Source: an uncultured Planctomycetota bacterium (GTDB lineage Bacteria; Planctomycetota; Planctomycetia; Gemmatales; Gemmataceae). Taken from it: a DNA stretch of 64,000 nucleotides. Made by a program: the position numbers and the translations under genes. Positions 24,902-35,677 of the stretch are shown one piece after another. Each line of letters starts with the position of its first letter. Position 1 is the stretch's first letter. Under the pieces are notes generated by a model. That model ran no database searches and had not been told where the DNA came from. It saw only the letters and a program-made list of their open reading frames with translations. The DNA is taken from the NCBI GenBank assembly GCA_963849325.1, contig CAWKHF010000012.1, forward strand, positions 1,152,001 to 1,216,000, written 5' to 3'.

Positions 24902-27900
24902 ATGGCCTGGCGGAAGTGGCTGGTCCGAAGTCTGGTCTTCTCCGTCCTGGGCGTCGTGGCCCTGGCGGCCTTGCTGTACGAGGCGTGGACCAACCCCGCC
25001 GCCGTCCGCCGGCAGGTCCACGCCAAGCTCGCCGCCCAGTTCACCGGCGCCAGCGTCAGCCTCGAATCGGCGCGGCTGCGTCTGCTCGGCGGCATCGCCG
25101 TCCGCGACCTGCGCATGGCCCGCCGCGACGACCTCGACCGCGGCGATTTCCTCTACGTTCCTTCCGCCGTCATTTACCACGACAAGGAGCATTTGCTCGA
25201 CGGCACGCTGGGCATCCGCAAGATCGAACTGGATCGGCCGCGCTTGCGCATCGTCCGCGAACCGGATGGCCGGCTCAACCTGGCCAACGTCCTGTCGCCG
25301 CCGGACCTCAAGGAGCGCGTGCCGACCCTGATCATCCGGCAGGGGACGATCCTGATCGAGGATCGTTCCCTCTCCGCCAGACGGCGCCCTGCTGGAAATC
25401 AAGGACGCGAACGTGACGATCACGAACGACCCGCTGTCCACCCTGGTCCTGGAGGGTTCGGGCCAGGCGGACGTGGTCGGGACGGTACACCTCCACGCCC
25501 GTTTCCACCGGCCGACCACGGCGGCCGGCGCCGTCTTCGACCTGCCGGGCGTGCCGGTCGGTCCCACTCTGGTGCAGCGGATCGCCGGCTTCTGCCCGGA
25601 TCTGGCCGCCCATCTCCGCCAATTGCGCGGCGACGGCAAAGCCCAGGCTTCGGCGACCTACCGCCCCGAGGCGGCCGAGCCGTGGAGCTACGACCTCAGT
25701 GGTCAACTGCACAAGGGCGAATGGTCGCACGCCTGTCTGCCGGCACCGCTTCAGCAGATCGAGGCCTCGCTGCAATGCAGCAACGGCCGCGTGCCGCACG
25801 CGCAACTCACGGCTCGTTCCGGCGCGGCGACGGTCAACCTCGAACTGTGGGACCTCGCCTGGCCCGGTCATCGGCCCGAGTGCATCGAGGAGATGGTGCG
25901 GGAACTCGATGCCCACATCGAGCACTTCCCCGTCACGCCGAGCTTTTTCGAGCACCTCCCGGACGCCTGCCAGAGCATCCAGCGCCTGTACAAGCCGGCC
26001 GGACCCGTCACCCTGACGTATCGCTTCTGCCGCTCCGGGGCGAAACACTGGCACAAACACGGCGAGATTCAACCGGAGGGCATGTCCGCCGAGTTCGAGC
26101 AATTCCGCTATCCCATCGAGGCGGTGACCGGACTGATCCAGGTGGATTCGAGCAGCGACCACGACAACCACATCAATGTCGATCTGGCCGGCCGAGGTTC
26201 GGGATGTCCGGTCACGGTGAAAGGGTCGGTGCGGGGAGACAAGGCCAGCGAAGTCGATTTGGTGATAGCGGCTGAGGACGTGCCGATAGACCACAAGCTG
26301 TTGCGGGCCGTGCCGGAGAGGAGTCGGGAGCTGGCGCGGACGTTTCTACCGGCGCGGAGCCGAGAGCTGGGACTGCCGTCGCCGACGTTGGGCCTGACCC
26401 AGCCGGCCGGCCTAGTAAATATCAAGGTCTTCGTCCGCCGTGGTCGGGGCGAGGAGGATTTCGCCAACCGCTACATCCTCTCCTTCCACGACACCGCCCT
26501 GAAGTACGACCTCTTCCCCTACCCGCTGGAGAACGTGAGCGGCGTACTCGACATCCAGCCGGACCACTGGGAATGCCAGAATTTCCACGGCAGCCACAAG
26601 GGCGGCGAGATCTGGGTCAACGCGGGTTCGTTCCGCGTCGAATGCCGCCGCGACGAGGGGCGAGGGACTAGGGACTAGGGAAGAGGGAAGACGAATGTTC
26701 CCTAGTCCCTAGTCCCTCGCCCCTCGTCCCTAGCGAGCGAATGCGTGCAGGTCGCCATCCGGGGACAGAACATCCCGCTCGATGCGGAGTTCGAACAGGC
26801 GCTGTCGCCGCCGGAGTGCCCGGCCGGGCGGCCCTGCGCAACGCCTGGGCGATGCTGGCGCTACGCGGTCAACTCAGCTTCGAGGCCGCCGTCGTCGATC
26901 GTCCCGATCAGCCGCAGGACATTGATGTCGCCGTGGACGTTCGCGGCTGCGCCATGCAGCCGGAATTCTTTCCCTACGCCATGACCGACGTCAGCGCCGG
27001 CGTCCGCTACGCCCACGGCCGAGTCTACGTCAAGGACGTGAGCGCCCGGCACGGCCCTTGTCGATTGACGATGAAGGAGGCCACGATCGTCCTCAAACCG
27101 CAGGCCGGCTTCCAAAGCTGGTTCACGGACATTCGCGGGACGAACCTCGCCGCCGACGAAGACTTTTTGCGGGCGCTGCATCCGGTCATGCGCAAGGGAC
27201 TGGAACCCTTGCAGATCCGCAAGCCCCTCGACGTCGAAATGACGTCCCTCATCCTCGACGCCCCCGCCGTGCCGGGTCAGCCCATGAAAATCTGGTGGGA
27301 TGGCGGCGCCTTCTTCCGTCAGCAAACGTTTCAGGCCGGCGTCGAGATCAGCGGTGTCGATGGCGAGATCTCGTGTCGCGGCCATCACGACGGCCGGCAG
27401 TTCGAGGGCGTCACCGGCTATGCCGTGCTGCAACGAGCGAACATCCTCGGTCAACCGTTCACCAACCTGCAAGGCCGTATTGAGATCGCGCCCGATTCGC
27501 CCGACGTACTGCGCCTGTACGACCTCAAGTCCGACCTGTTCGGCGGCTTCGTCGGCGGCGCCGCTCGATTCGACTTCGGTTCGACGCTGCGTTACGAGGT
27601 GAAAATCGACGCCCTGCAGGTCCAGCTGGAAAAGTTCGGCAAGCACAATCATCTCGGCGCCGACGCTCAGACTGCAAGGCCCGGTGCGGGCCGCGCTGCA
27701 CCTGACCGGCGAGGGCACCGACCTGAGCGGTCTGAAAGGCAACGGCCGCATCGAGGTGGCCAACGGCAAGATGTACCGTCTGCCGCTGCTGCTCGATCTG
27801 CTCAAGGCGCTGGGCTTGCGCCCGCCGGATCGCACGGCGTTCGAGCAGGCACGGATGCTCTTCGCCATTGAAGGTCCGCAAATGCGCATTCACGCCCTCG

Positions 27901-28159
27901 ACCTGATCGGCAGCGCCATCAGCCTGCGCGGCCAGGGCACCTTGGGACTGGACGGCAGCAACCTCAACCTCGATTTCAGCGTTGACTGGGGCCGCATGCC
28001 GCAGATGCTGCCGGGCGCCATCAGCGATCTGTCGCAAGCCCTCAGCGACCAGCTTTTCAAAATTAAACTCCGCGGCAAGATCAGCGCCCGCGCTTCGAGA
28101 AGGAACCGATCCCCGGCGTGGTCGAGCCGATCAAGAAAGCGTTCGGGGGATCATCCTAG
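24902..28159 (+). CDS. AsmA-like/TamB-like large envelope protein (frameshifted)
   Basis: N-terminal TM, LDRPRL..R..DG.LNL motif, beta-rich repeats, C-terminal DLIG.AISLRGQGTL. Confidence 0.75.
26652..26732. repeat. Heptamer-based hairpin inside the AsmA-like gene
   Basis: gacgaggggcgagggactagggactagggaa / ttccctagtccctagtccctcgcccctcgtc. Confidence 0.85.
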
Positions 28160-28179
28160 AGCAAGGTCAAACGAGGTGT

Positions 28180-28238
28180 TGTCGGAGCCTGAAGCGTAAG
28201 CGAAGAAAATTCCTTCGCTTACGCTTCAGGCTCCGACA
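28180..28238. repeat. REP-like palindrome (26-bp perfect arms)
   Basis: tgtcggagcctgaagcgtaagcgaag / cttcgcttacgcttcaggctccgaca. Confidence 0.9.
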
Positions 28239-28313
28239 GATGGAATAAAGTTCTGTCCCGCAGGGGACCGATAAGACGAAGACGCACGGTTGCGGACGGA
28301 AACGGAGGTAGAT

Positions 28314-29509
28314 GTGTTTGGCTCCATCCTGCAACGGATGATCCTGTGGGAACTCACCAAGGTCTTCGTGATGTCCTTGGTGGGGATCACGGGCATCCTG
28401 CTCATGGCCGGCATCATCGCCGAAGCGTCGCAGCAAGGGCTGGGCCCGACGCAGATCCTGGCGGCCATCCCCCTGCTGGTGCCGAGCACTCTGCCCTACA
28501 CGATCCCGGCGACGACGCTGTTCGCCACCTGCGTCGTCTACGGTCGCCTGGCCGCCGACAATGAACTCCTCGCCATCAAGTCGGCCGGCATCAACGCCGT
28601 CAAGGTCGTCCGGCCCGGCATCGTCCTCGGCCTGGTCATGAGCAGCGTCACCATGGGCCTGTATTATCGCATCATCCCCTACACGCATCACCTGCTCCGC
28701 GCCATGGTCTACAACGATGCCGAGGAGCTGTTGTACTCGCTGCTGAAAAAACACAATGCCATCAGTCACTCCTCCTTCCCCTACCAGATGTTCGTCCACG
28801 GAGTGCGCGGCAAGAAACTGATCTCGCCGGTGTTCAAACACAAGGACTGCGCGGGCAGATCGATTACGTCGCCCATGCCCGCGAAGCCGAGCTGCAAGTG
28901 CTCCGCTCCAAGGGGCAGCTGCTCCTCCGCATGCGCAAGGGCGTCATCAGCGGCGAAAACGACGACATGCGCGGCTACTTCGAGAACAAAGATTTCCTCG
29001 TGGACCTGCCGAGGGACTTCGGCAAGCAGAACCAGCGACGCCCACGCGATCTGACCTGGCAGGAAATCCTCGACGAGCGCGTCCAGCTTCAGGGCAAGCT
29101 CAACGCCATCCTGGCCGAATTCACCGGCGAAACCACGAAGTCGTTGCTGCAGAATGCGCCCGTCGATTTCCCGGTCCACCTGCGCTCCCTCAACGACCAG
29201 GTCAACCAGGTCCGCCAGCAAATCGTCGCCCTCGACGTCGAATTGCAGATGCGTCCGGCCCTCAGCCTTGGCTGTCTGTTCTTCATCCTGGTGGGCGGCC
29301 CGGTCGGCATTTGGTTCAGCCGCAGCGATTACCTCAGCGCCTTCATCACCTGCTTTTTGCCCATCGTCTTCATCTACTATCCCCTGATGCTGTGCGGCAC
29401 CGGCATGGCCAAGGAAGGGCGGTTCAACATGGTCCCGCTCGTCTGGGGCGCCGATGCGGTGGTGGGACTGATGGGTCTGTTGCTGTCGTGGCGCCTGTTG
29501 CGGAACTAG
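28314..29509 (+). CDS. LptF/LptG family permease (one frameshift)
   Basis: YGRLAADNELLAIKSAGI motif; 3+3 TM layout; ELQMRPALSLGCL. Confidence 0.9.
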
Positions 29510-29580
29510 GGAATAGGGAATAGGGAATAGGGAATAGGGAAGACATCGACCAAGTTTCTTCCCTATTCCCTATTCCCTAG
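29509..29580. repeat. Heptamer-based hairpin (GGGAATA) between convergent genes
   Basis: GGGAATA array and an inverted ccctattccctattccc arm that supplies the stop of the hemolysin gene. Confidence 0.85.
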
Positions 29581-30690
29581 TTTCGAGCCGCGATTCCGAG
29601 GCAATTTCGGCGTAGGACGATCGTGCTCGTCCTCAATGTCGCCGACGATCTCCTCCAGCACGTCTTCCAGCGTGATGAGTCCCAGGACTTTGTCGTCCTC
29701 GTCGCGGACGAGGGCCATCGGTCGCCGTGCCCGCCGGAACAGGCGCAGGGCGTTGGCCATGCTCTCCTGCGCCTTGAGAAACAGCGGCGGATACAGGGCG
29801 TCTTGCAGGATGACCACCCCTTGCAGGCTAAACAGGAAGAACAGGTCCTTGGTGTTGACGATGCCGACGATGTTGTCGATCTCTCCTTCGTAGACCGGCA
29901 TGCGCGTGTGCGCCCCGCTGCGAACGGCTTCGAGTACCTTGTCCGGCGGCGTGTTCAATTCCAGGGCGGCCATCTTGTCGCGCGGCACCATGCAGTCGCC
30001 GACGCGCTTGTTCGACAAGCGGAAGACGTTCTGCACGAAAGCGGCCTGGTCCGCGTCGAGGATGCCGGCCTCCTCGGTGTCCTCGATCAGCAGCAGCAAT
30101 TCCTCGACCGAGTGGACCATCTCTTCGCCGGAGGCGGCCTGAGTGCCGAGGCGCCGTAGGATGAAATTGGCCGTGCCGTTCATCGTCAGGATGAGCGGCC
30201 GGGTCAGCCGCGAGAACACGTTCAAGGGGCCGGACAGCCACAGCGACACGCGATCGGCCTTCTCCAGGGCCAGCGTCTTGGGGATCAATTCGCCAAAGAC
30301 GACGTGCATGTAGGTGATGAGCAGGAAGGCCAGGGCGCCGGCGACGGAATCGGTGGCGGCCCCGCGCCAGCCGGGCGGCAGGAAGTCGGCCAACGGCTTG
30401 AGCAAGTCGGCCAATGCCGGCTCGCCGACGAAGCCCAGACCGATGCTGGCCAACGTGATGCCCAGCTGCGTCGCCGCAATCGAGCGATCCAGCCGGAGCA
30501 TCGCCAATTCGACGGCGCGAGCGCCCTTGACGCCGCTTTTGAGCAGCTCCTCGATGCGCGTCTTGCGCACCGAGACCAGGGCGAACTCCGCGGCGACGAA
30601 CAGACCGTTCAAGACCACCAGGGCCGGGATGATGAGCAGTCCGGCGACGTCCCAGAGCCAGTGCCTGTCTGCCCCGAAGATGGCCAACAC
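29563..30690 (-). CDS. Hemolysin family / CNNM (DUF21+CBS) transporter
   Basis: NGLFVAAEFALVSVR, QLGIT, GELIPK, HTRMPV, GLITLEDVLEEIVGDIEDE. Confidence 0.93.
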   Translation of the reverse strand: MLAIFGADRHWLWDVAGLLIIPALVVLNGLFVAAEFALVSVRKTRIEELLKSGVKGARAVELAMLRLDRSIAATQLGITLASIGLGFVGEPALADLLKPLADFLPPGWRGAATDSVAGALAFLLITYMHVVFGELIPKTLALEKADRVSLWLSGPLNVFSRLTRPLILTMNGTANFILRRLGTQAASGEEMVHSVEELLLLIEDTEEAGILDADQAAFVQNVFRLSNKRVGDCMVPRDKMAALELNTPPDKVLEAVRSGAHTRMPVYEGEIDNIVGIVNTKDLFFLFSLQGVVILQDALYPPLFLKAQESMANALRLFRRARRPMALVRDEDDKVLGLITLEDVLEEIVGDIEDEHDRPTPKLPRNRGSKLGNRE

Positions 30691-30771
30691 GATCCGGGTC
30701 CCTCCGCGTTCCGGGTGATCTTGTCATGCTAGCACATCCGCGCCCCGGACCAAATTCCGGTCACAAACTGC

Positions 30772-30800
30772 TTGACACCCCAAAAACTTGCACATATACT
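30772..30800 (+). promoter_or_regulatory. Near-consensus sigma70 promoter
   Basis: TTGACA-17 bp-TATACT, about 300 bp upstream of the Gly-rich gene. Confidence 0.7.
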
Positions 30801-31097
30801 CCAGCCTCACAAATGAGGATGGCGTTCCTTCCTACGGATGGGACATGACTCGCGGCGCGCCCCGCACGCATCTTCCCCTTCGGTTTACGCCGTAACGGGA
30901 TGGTTCGGCGTCTGCCCTGCCGCACAAATCGCCTGCCGATCGCTCCGCCCCTCGCCCCTGTGTCGGATGAAGGACGAACCGGGACCGCATCGAGCTTTCC
31001 TCGATGGGGCCGGAGATGGTGCGCCCCCCGGCAGCGACGTGGCCGCCGGGAAAAGTTTGGCCTCGGTCAACGACGACTTTTTCACAGGACTCTCCTC

Positions 31098-34000
31098 ATG
31101 TGGCTCGACTCCCTGCGCCGACTGCTAGCTGGCAATTCCCGTTCCTCTGGTGCGAGGCACTCCCGCTCCCCGCGGCGGCGGATCGTGCCCACGCTGGATT
31201 ATCTTGAAGATCGCACGCTTCTGTCCGCCAATTTCACGATCACCAATCTCGCGGATGGCGTCACCGGCAGCGCGACCAACTCGAACAGTACCCTGCGCGA
31301 TGCCATTATCGCGGCCAACCAGGATACGGGAACGGATACCATCAATCTCCAGGCCGGCACCTACACGCTGTCCCTGGCGAACACGGCCGGCCACGAGAAT
31401 GCCAGCGCCACCGGCGACCTGAATATTACCAACACCAAAAATACGCTCATCATCAAGGGCGCCGGCACGTCCGGCAGCAATGCGACCTACATCGATCAGA
31501 CGGTCGCCGATCGTGTATTTCAGATCGCTAATGGCGCTACTGTCCAATTCGAGAACGTGATCATCGAAGGCGGTGACGCCGTGGATGACGGCACGGCGGG
31601 AGCGAAGGCCGGTAGCACGGCGGCGCTGGGCGGCGGTGTGCTGAACAATGGCGGCAACGTCAGCCTGACCAACGCCGGCGTCGAGAGTAACCGGGCCGTC
31701 GGCGGCACCAGTCAGAATGCCCAGGGCGGCGGTATCTACTCGGCCGGCGGTTCGCTGACACTGAAGAACGTCACCGTGGAATTCAACTACGCCGACGGAG
31801 GCAACGGCACGGCGGCCTCCCTCAATGGCGGCAACGCCGCGGGCGCCGGCCTGTACCTGTCCAAATCCACGACCACGATCAGCGGAACCAACCAGATCGA
31901 GTTCAACTCCGCTTCGGGCGGTCGAGGAGCGTCGGGGATGGTCGCCGGGTCCGGCGGCAGCGCCCAGGGCGGCGGCATCTACGCCGACAGCGTGGCCCTG
32001 ACGCTGCCGGGCGGTTCCGTATCGTTCAACTACGCCAACGGCGGACGAGGAGGCGCCGGCAAGACCGGGACGGCGGCCCACGCCACCGGAGGGATCGGCG
32101 GCACCGGCGGTCTCGCCGAGGGCGGCGGCATTTTCAGCACCGGCGGTTCGGTGACGCTCAACAACAGCGAACAAGTCAACGTCAACTACAGCAAAGGAGG
32201 AGACGGCGGATCGGGCGGCCAGGGCGTCGCGGCCGGCGTCGTCAGTAAGGGAGCGCCCGGCGGCGTCGGCGGCCTGGGCGGTAACGGCAACATCGCCCAG
32301 GGCGGCGGCATTTTCGCCAATCAAAGCACGGTCAGCCTCAGCGGAGGGGCCACGGTCAATTCCAACTCCGCCGCCGCTGGCTTCGGCGGCAACGGAGGCA
32401 ATGGCGGCACCCTGGCCGGCGGCGGCCCGGCCGGCAGCGGCGCCAACGCCCAGGGCGGCGGCATCTACGCGCTGGGCGGTTCCGTGAGCGTGGACGGCAC
32501 CTCGACGCAGATCGACTTCAACACGCTGAAGGCGGGTGGAGGCGGCTTCGGCGGCAACGGCGGAGGGGGCGGCGGGAACACGGCCGGCGGCAACGGCGGG
32601 GTGGGAGCGGTCGGCGGCTCCGCCTTTGGAGGCGGAGTGTACGCCTATGGCAACACCGTCACCCTAACGAATGGGGCGGCGATTGATTTCAACAATCTCC
32701 AGGCTGGCAACGGCAGCGCGGGCGGTGTCGGCGGCATGGGCGGCTCGGGCGGCATCGGCAGTACCGGCGGCATCGGCGGCAATGGAGCGGTTGGCGGAAT
32801 GGCGGCCGGCGGCGGCGTTTACCTCGCCGGCAACGGCTCCGCTCTCAACGTCAACGCCGGAGTGACGAATCCTCAGGCCATCAGCATCAGTTACAATTCG
32901 GTATCCGGCGGCCAGGGCGGCGGCGGCAACAACGGCGGTAATGGCGGCAACGGCGGTTTGGGCGGCGGCGGCGCGGGTGGTCGTACCGGCAACGGTGCCA
33001 ACGGTGGCATCGCCGAGGGCGGCGGCATCGCCGTGGACGGCAGCGGCGCCTCGGCCCCGCTGGCCCTCAACCTGGCCGCCGCGACGATCCAGGGCAACGC
33101 GCTGACCGGCGGCGGTGGCGGCAATGCCGGCACCGGCGGCAAGGGAGGTATCGGCGGCGGAGCCGGCGGCAACGGCGGCAATGGCGGCAACGGCAACGTC
33201 GCCCAGGGCGGCGGCCTGTTTGTCAACAACGCCTCCCTCACCTTGACTGGCGCGACGATCACCAAGAACTCTCTCTCGGGTGGTTCGGGCGGAGGCGGCG
33301 GCTCCGGCGGCAAGGCCCAAGGTGCTCCGTCCAACGCCACCAAGAGCAGCGCGGGAGGCGCCGGCGGCAACGCCGGCAATGGCGGACTCGGCGCCGCCGG
33401 CCAGGGCGGCGGATTGTACGTCAGCGGCAGCACCGTCACCCTCAACAGCGATACCATCACGTCGAACACGCTCTACGGTGGCCAGGGCGGTTACGGCGGT
33501 TACGGAGGCATAGCCGGAGCCGGACACTTCATCGTCAATCCGAAAGGGCCCATCACCGGCAGTCCAGGCGGCAACGGCGGCAATGGTGCGACCGGAGGCG
33601 CCGGCCAGGGCGGCGGTTTGGCCGCCAGCGGCAGCACCGTCACCCTGCTCAACTCCACCATCGGCGGCAACACCCTTACCGGCGGCGAGGGCGGCTCCGC
33701 CGGCAACGGCGGCAACGCCTACGGCTATGCCGACTTCGTTTACTTCGGAGGCGTTGGCGGCAACGGCGGCAACGGCGGCAATGCCGGCGTCGGGCAAGGC
33801 GGCGGCGTTTACGGCGCCGGCGGCACCCTTACCGTCGTCAATTCGACAGTCGCCACCAATACGGTCAACGGCGGTCTGGGGAGAGTCGGTGGCAGCGGCG
33901 GCGAGGGCGGAGGAGGTGAATCCAATCATACCTTCAGCGGCCGGGGCGGCAGTGGCGGCCTGGCCGGTAACGGCGGCAACGCCGCGGCCATCGACGGAGG

Positions 34001-35543
34001 CGGCGTGTTCACTTCCACCAGCACTGTCCAGCTGGTCAACGCCACCGTCGCTAACAACAGCCTCAAGGGCGTTGCCGCCGGCTCGGGCGGCACCGGCGGC
34101 AACGCTGGTCCGGGCGGCACCGGCACCAAGAGCAGCCACTACGGACACGGCGGCAACGGTGGCAACGGCGGCAATGGCGCCACCGGCCAGGGCGGCGGTC
34201 TGTATGCCACCGCCGGCAGCCTCAGCCTGCTCAATGCCACGCTCGCTTACAACGCCATCACGGCCGGCACCGCCGGCGCCGGTGGCGCCGGCGGGCAGGG
34301 AATCCAGTCGATTTCCGGCGCTCCGCCCAATGAAATCATCACCCAGCTGTCGCCCAACGGCAAAACCGGCCAGGGCGGCACGACAACCGGCACCGACCAG
34401 GGCGGCGGCCTGGCCGTGGACGCCTCCGTCACCTCGGCCAAGCTGGAGAATACGATCATCGCCCTGAATACGGCCGCCAGCGACCCGGACGTGGTGGGCA
34501 CCTTCACGTCGAGCGATCGCGATTTCATCGGCAACGGTACGGGTAGCAACCTAGTCAACGGCACCAACGGCAACAACGTCGGCCAGTACAGTACCGCCGT
34601 CCTGGACACGTTTTTCAGTCAGCTGGGCAACAACGGCGGGCCAACGCAAACGATCGTCCCGACCGCGAGCAGCCCGACCATCAGTACGACCAGCTCCGCG
34701 GGCAACGTCAGCGCCGCCTCGGCCATCGCCGCCGCCGAGGGCGTCACCGTCGCCGCGGACCAGCGCGGTTTGCCGCGCGTCATCAACAACGAGATCGATA
34801 TCGGCGCCACGCAAAGCGGTCTGCTGCTGACCGGCAATGTCTCCGCGCCCAGCGTGACGGCCGGCCAGAATATCACCTACACGCTGACGCTGGACAACAA
34901 CGGGCCCAACACTCTCAGCAACGTCACCGTGTCCGATACGGTGCCGCCCAACACCACCTTCGTGTCGGTGACGACGCCCTCGGGCTGGACCGCCACGACG
35001 CCGGCGGTCGGCTCGACTGGCACGGCCGTCAGTTTCAACATCGGCTCGCTGGCCCCGAACACGACGACCACCTTCACCATCGTCGTTCAGGTCGCCTCCG
35101 GCACCCAGGGCACAAGCATCACCGACACGGCCACCGTCTCGACTCCGAGCACGGTCGTCGGCCCCTCCAGTCCGAGCGTGACGCTGACGACGCAGGTGCC
35201 CGGTTCGAGCACCACGCCCGTAGCCGGCGCCACCTTCATCGCCAGTCCGATCCTGCCCGATCCGTTCGCCGGCCATAACGCCTTCATCCAGGCGGGCCTG
35301 GCCTTTAATTTCGGCAGTCCCGTAAGCGGCCCGGTGGCCCTGGTCCTGACGGGCCTTCCCAGCGGCGTGACCCTGACCAACGCCAGCGGCGTGGACAGCA
35401 ACGGCAACCCCTATATCAACATCGTGTCGTCCGGCAGTTCGTGGGGGACGGGTTTGCGGAACTTCCGCTTCGTCGTCTTGAAATTCAACAACCCCAACCA
35501 CGTTCACATCACCTACACGGCGGAGGTAGTGCAGGGTATCTGA
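31098..35543 (+). CDS. Large Gly-rich secreted protein (LEDR motif, beta-helix repeats with PGRS-like loops, choice-of-anchor-Q-like and DUF11-like regions)
   Basis: LDYLEDRTLLS; TLRDAI; repeated GGG(I/L/V)(Y/F); NTIIALN; NNGGPTQT, DQRG.PR, DIGA; ITYTLTLDNNGP..VSDTVP. Confidence 0.85.
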   Translation: MWLDSLRRLLAGNSRSSGARHSRSPRRRIVPTLDYLEDRTLLSANFTITNLADGVTGSATNSNSTLRDAIIAANQDTGTDTINLQAGTYTLSLANTAGHENASATGDLNITNTKNTLIIKGAGTSGSNATYIDQTVADRVFQIANGATVQFENVIIEGGDAVDDGTAGAKAGSTAALGGGVLNNGGNVSLTNAGVESNRAVGGTSQNAQGGGIYSAGGSLTLKNVTVEFNYADGGNGTAASLNGGNAAGAGLYLSKSTTTISGTNQIEFNSASGGRGASGMVAGSGGSAQGGGIYADSVALTLPGGSVSFNYANGGRGGAGKTGTAAHATGGIGGTGGLAEGGGIFSTGGSVTLNNSEQVNVNYSKGGDGGSGGQGVAAGVVSKGAPGGVGGLGGNGNIAQGGGIFANQSTVSLSGGATVNSNSAAAGFGGNGGNGGTLAGGGPAGSGANAQGGGIYALGGSVSVDGTSTQIDFNTLKAGGGGFGGNGGGGGGNTAGGNGGVGAVGGSAFGGGVYAYGNTVTLTNGAAIDFNNLQAGNGSAGGVGGMGGSGGIGSTGGIGGNGAVGGMAAGGGVYLAGNGSALNVNAGVTNPQAISISYNSVSGGQGGGGNNGGNGGNGGLGGGGAGGRTGNGANGGIAEGGGIAVDGSGASAPLALNLAAATIQGNALTGGGGGNAGTGGKGGIGGGAGGNGGNGGNGNVAQGGGLFVNNASLTLTGATITKNSLSGGSGGGGGSGGKAQGAPSNATKSSAGGAGGNAGNGGLGAAGQGGGLYVSGSTVTLNSDTITSNTLYGGQGGYGGYGGIAGAGHFIVNPKGPITGSPGGNGGNGATGGAGQGGGLAASGSTVTLLNSTIGGNTLTGGEGGSAGNGGNAYGYADFVYFGGVGGNGGNGGNAGVGQGGGVYGAGGTLTVVNSTVATNTVNGGLGRVGGSGGEGGGGESNHTFSGRGGSGGLAGNGGNAAAIDGGGVFTSTSTVQLVNATVANNSLKGVAAGSGGTGGNAGPGGTGTKSSHYGHGGNGGNGGNGATGQGGGLYATAGSLSLLNATLAYNAITAGTAGAGGAGGQGIQSISGAPPNEIITQLSPNGKTGQGGTTTGTDQGGGLAVDASVTSAKLENTIIALNTAASDPDVVGTFTSSDRDFIGNGTGSNLVNGTNGNNVGQYSTAVLDTFFSQLGNNGGPTQTIVPTASSPTISTTSSAGNVSAASAIAAAEGVTVAADQRGLPRVINNEIDIGATQSGLLLTGNVSAPSVTAGQNITYTLTLDNNGPNTLSNVTVSDTVPPNTTFVSVTTPSGWTATTPAVGSTGTAVSFNIGSLAPNTTTTFTIVVQVASGTQGTSITDTATVSTPSTVVGPSSPSVTLTTQVPGSSTTPVAGATFIASPILPDPFAGHNAFIQAGLAFNFGSPVSGPVALVLTGLPSGVTLTNASGVDSNGNPYINIVSSGSSWGTGLRNFRFVVLKFNNPNHVHITYTAEVVQGI

Positions 35544-35677
35544 TATACTAGTTCTATCCTTCGGAGCGAGGGCGTTCGCCTCCGGAATTGGCGTTCAGGG
35601 GACGGACTCCCTCGCTTCGGGGTTTGGGACCCCATTTGAGGCTTCGACGCGCGGTCCCCGACCGGCGCGCATTTGCC

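Noticed and set aside
31125-35507. Long antisense ORFs over the Gly-rich gene, and similar shadow ORFs across the window
   Set aside because: Expected in high-GC coding DNA; no recognisable motifs
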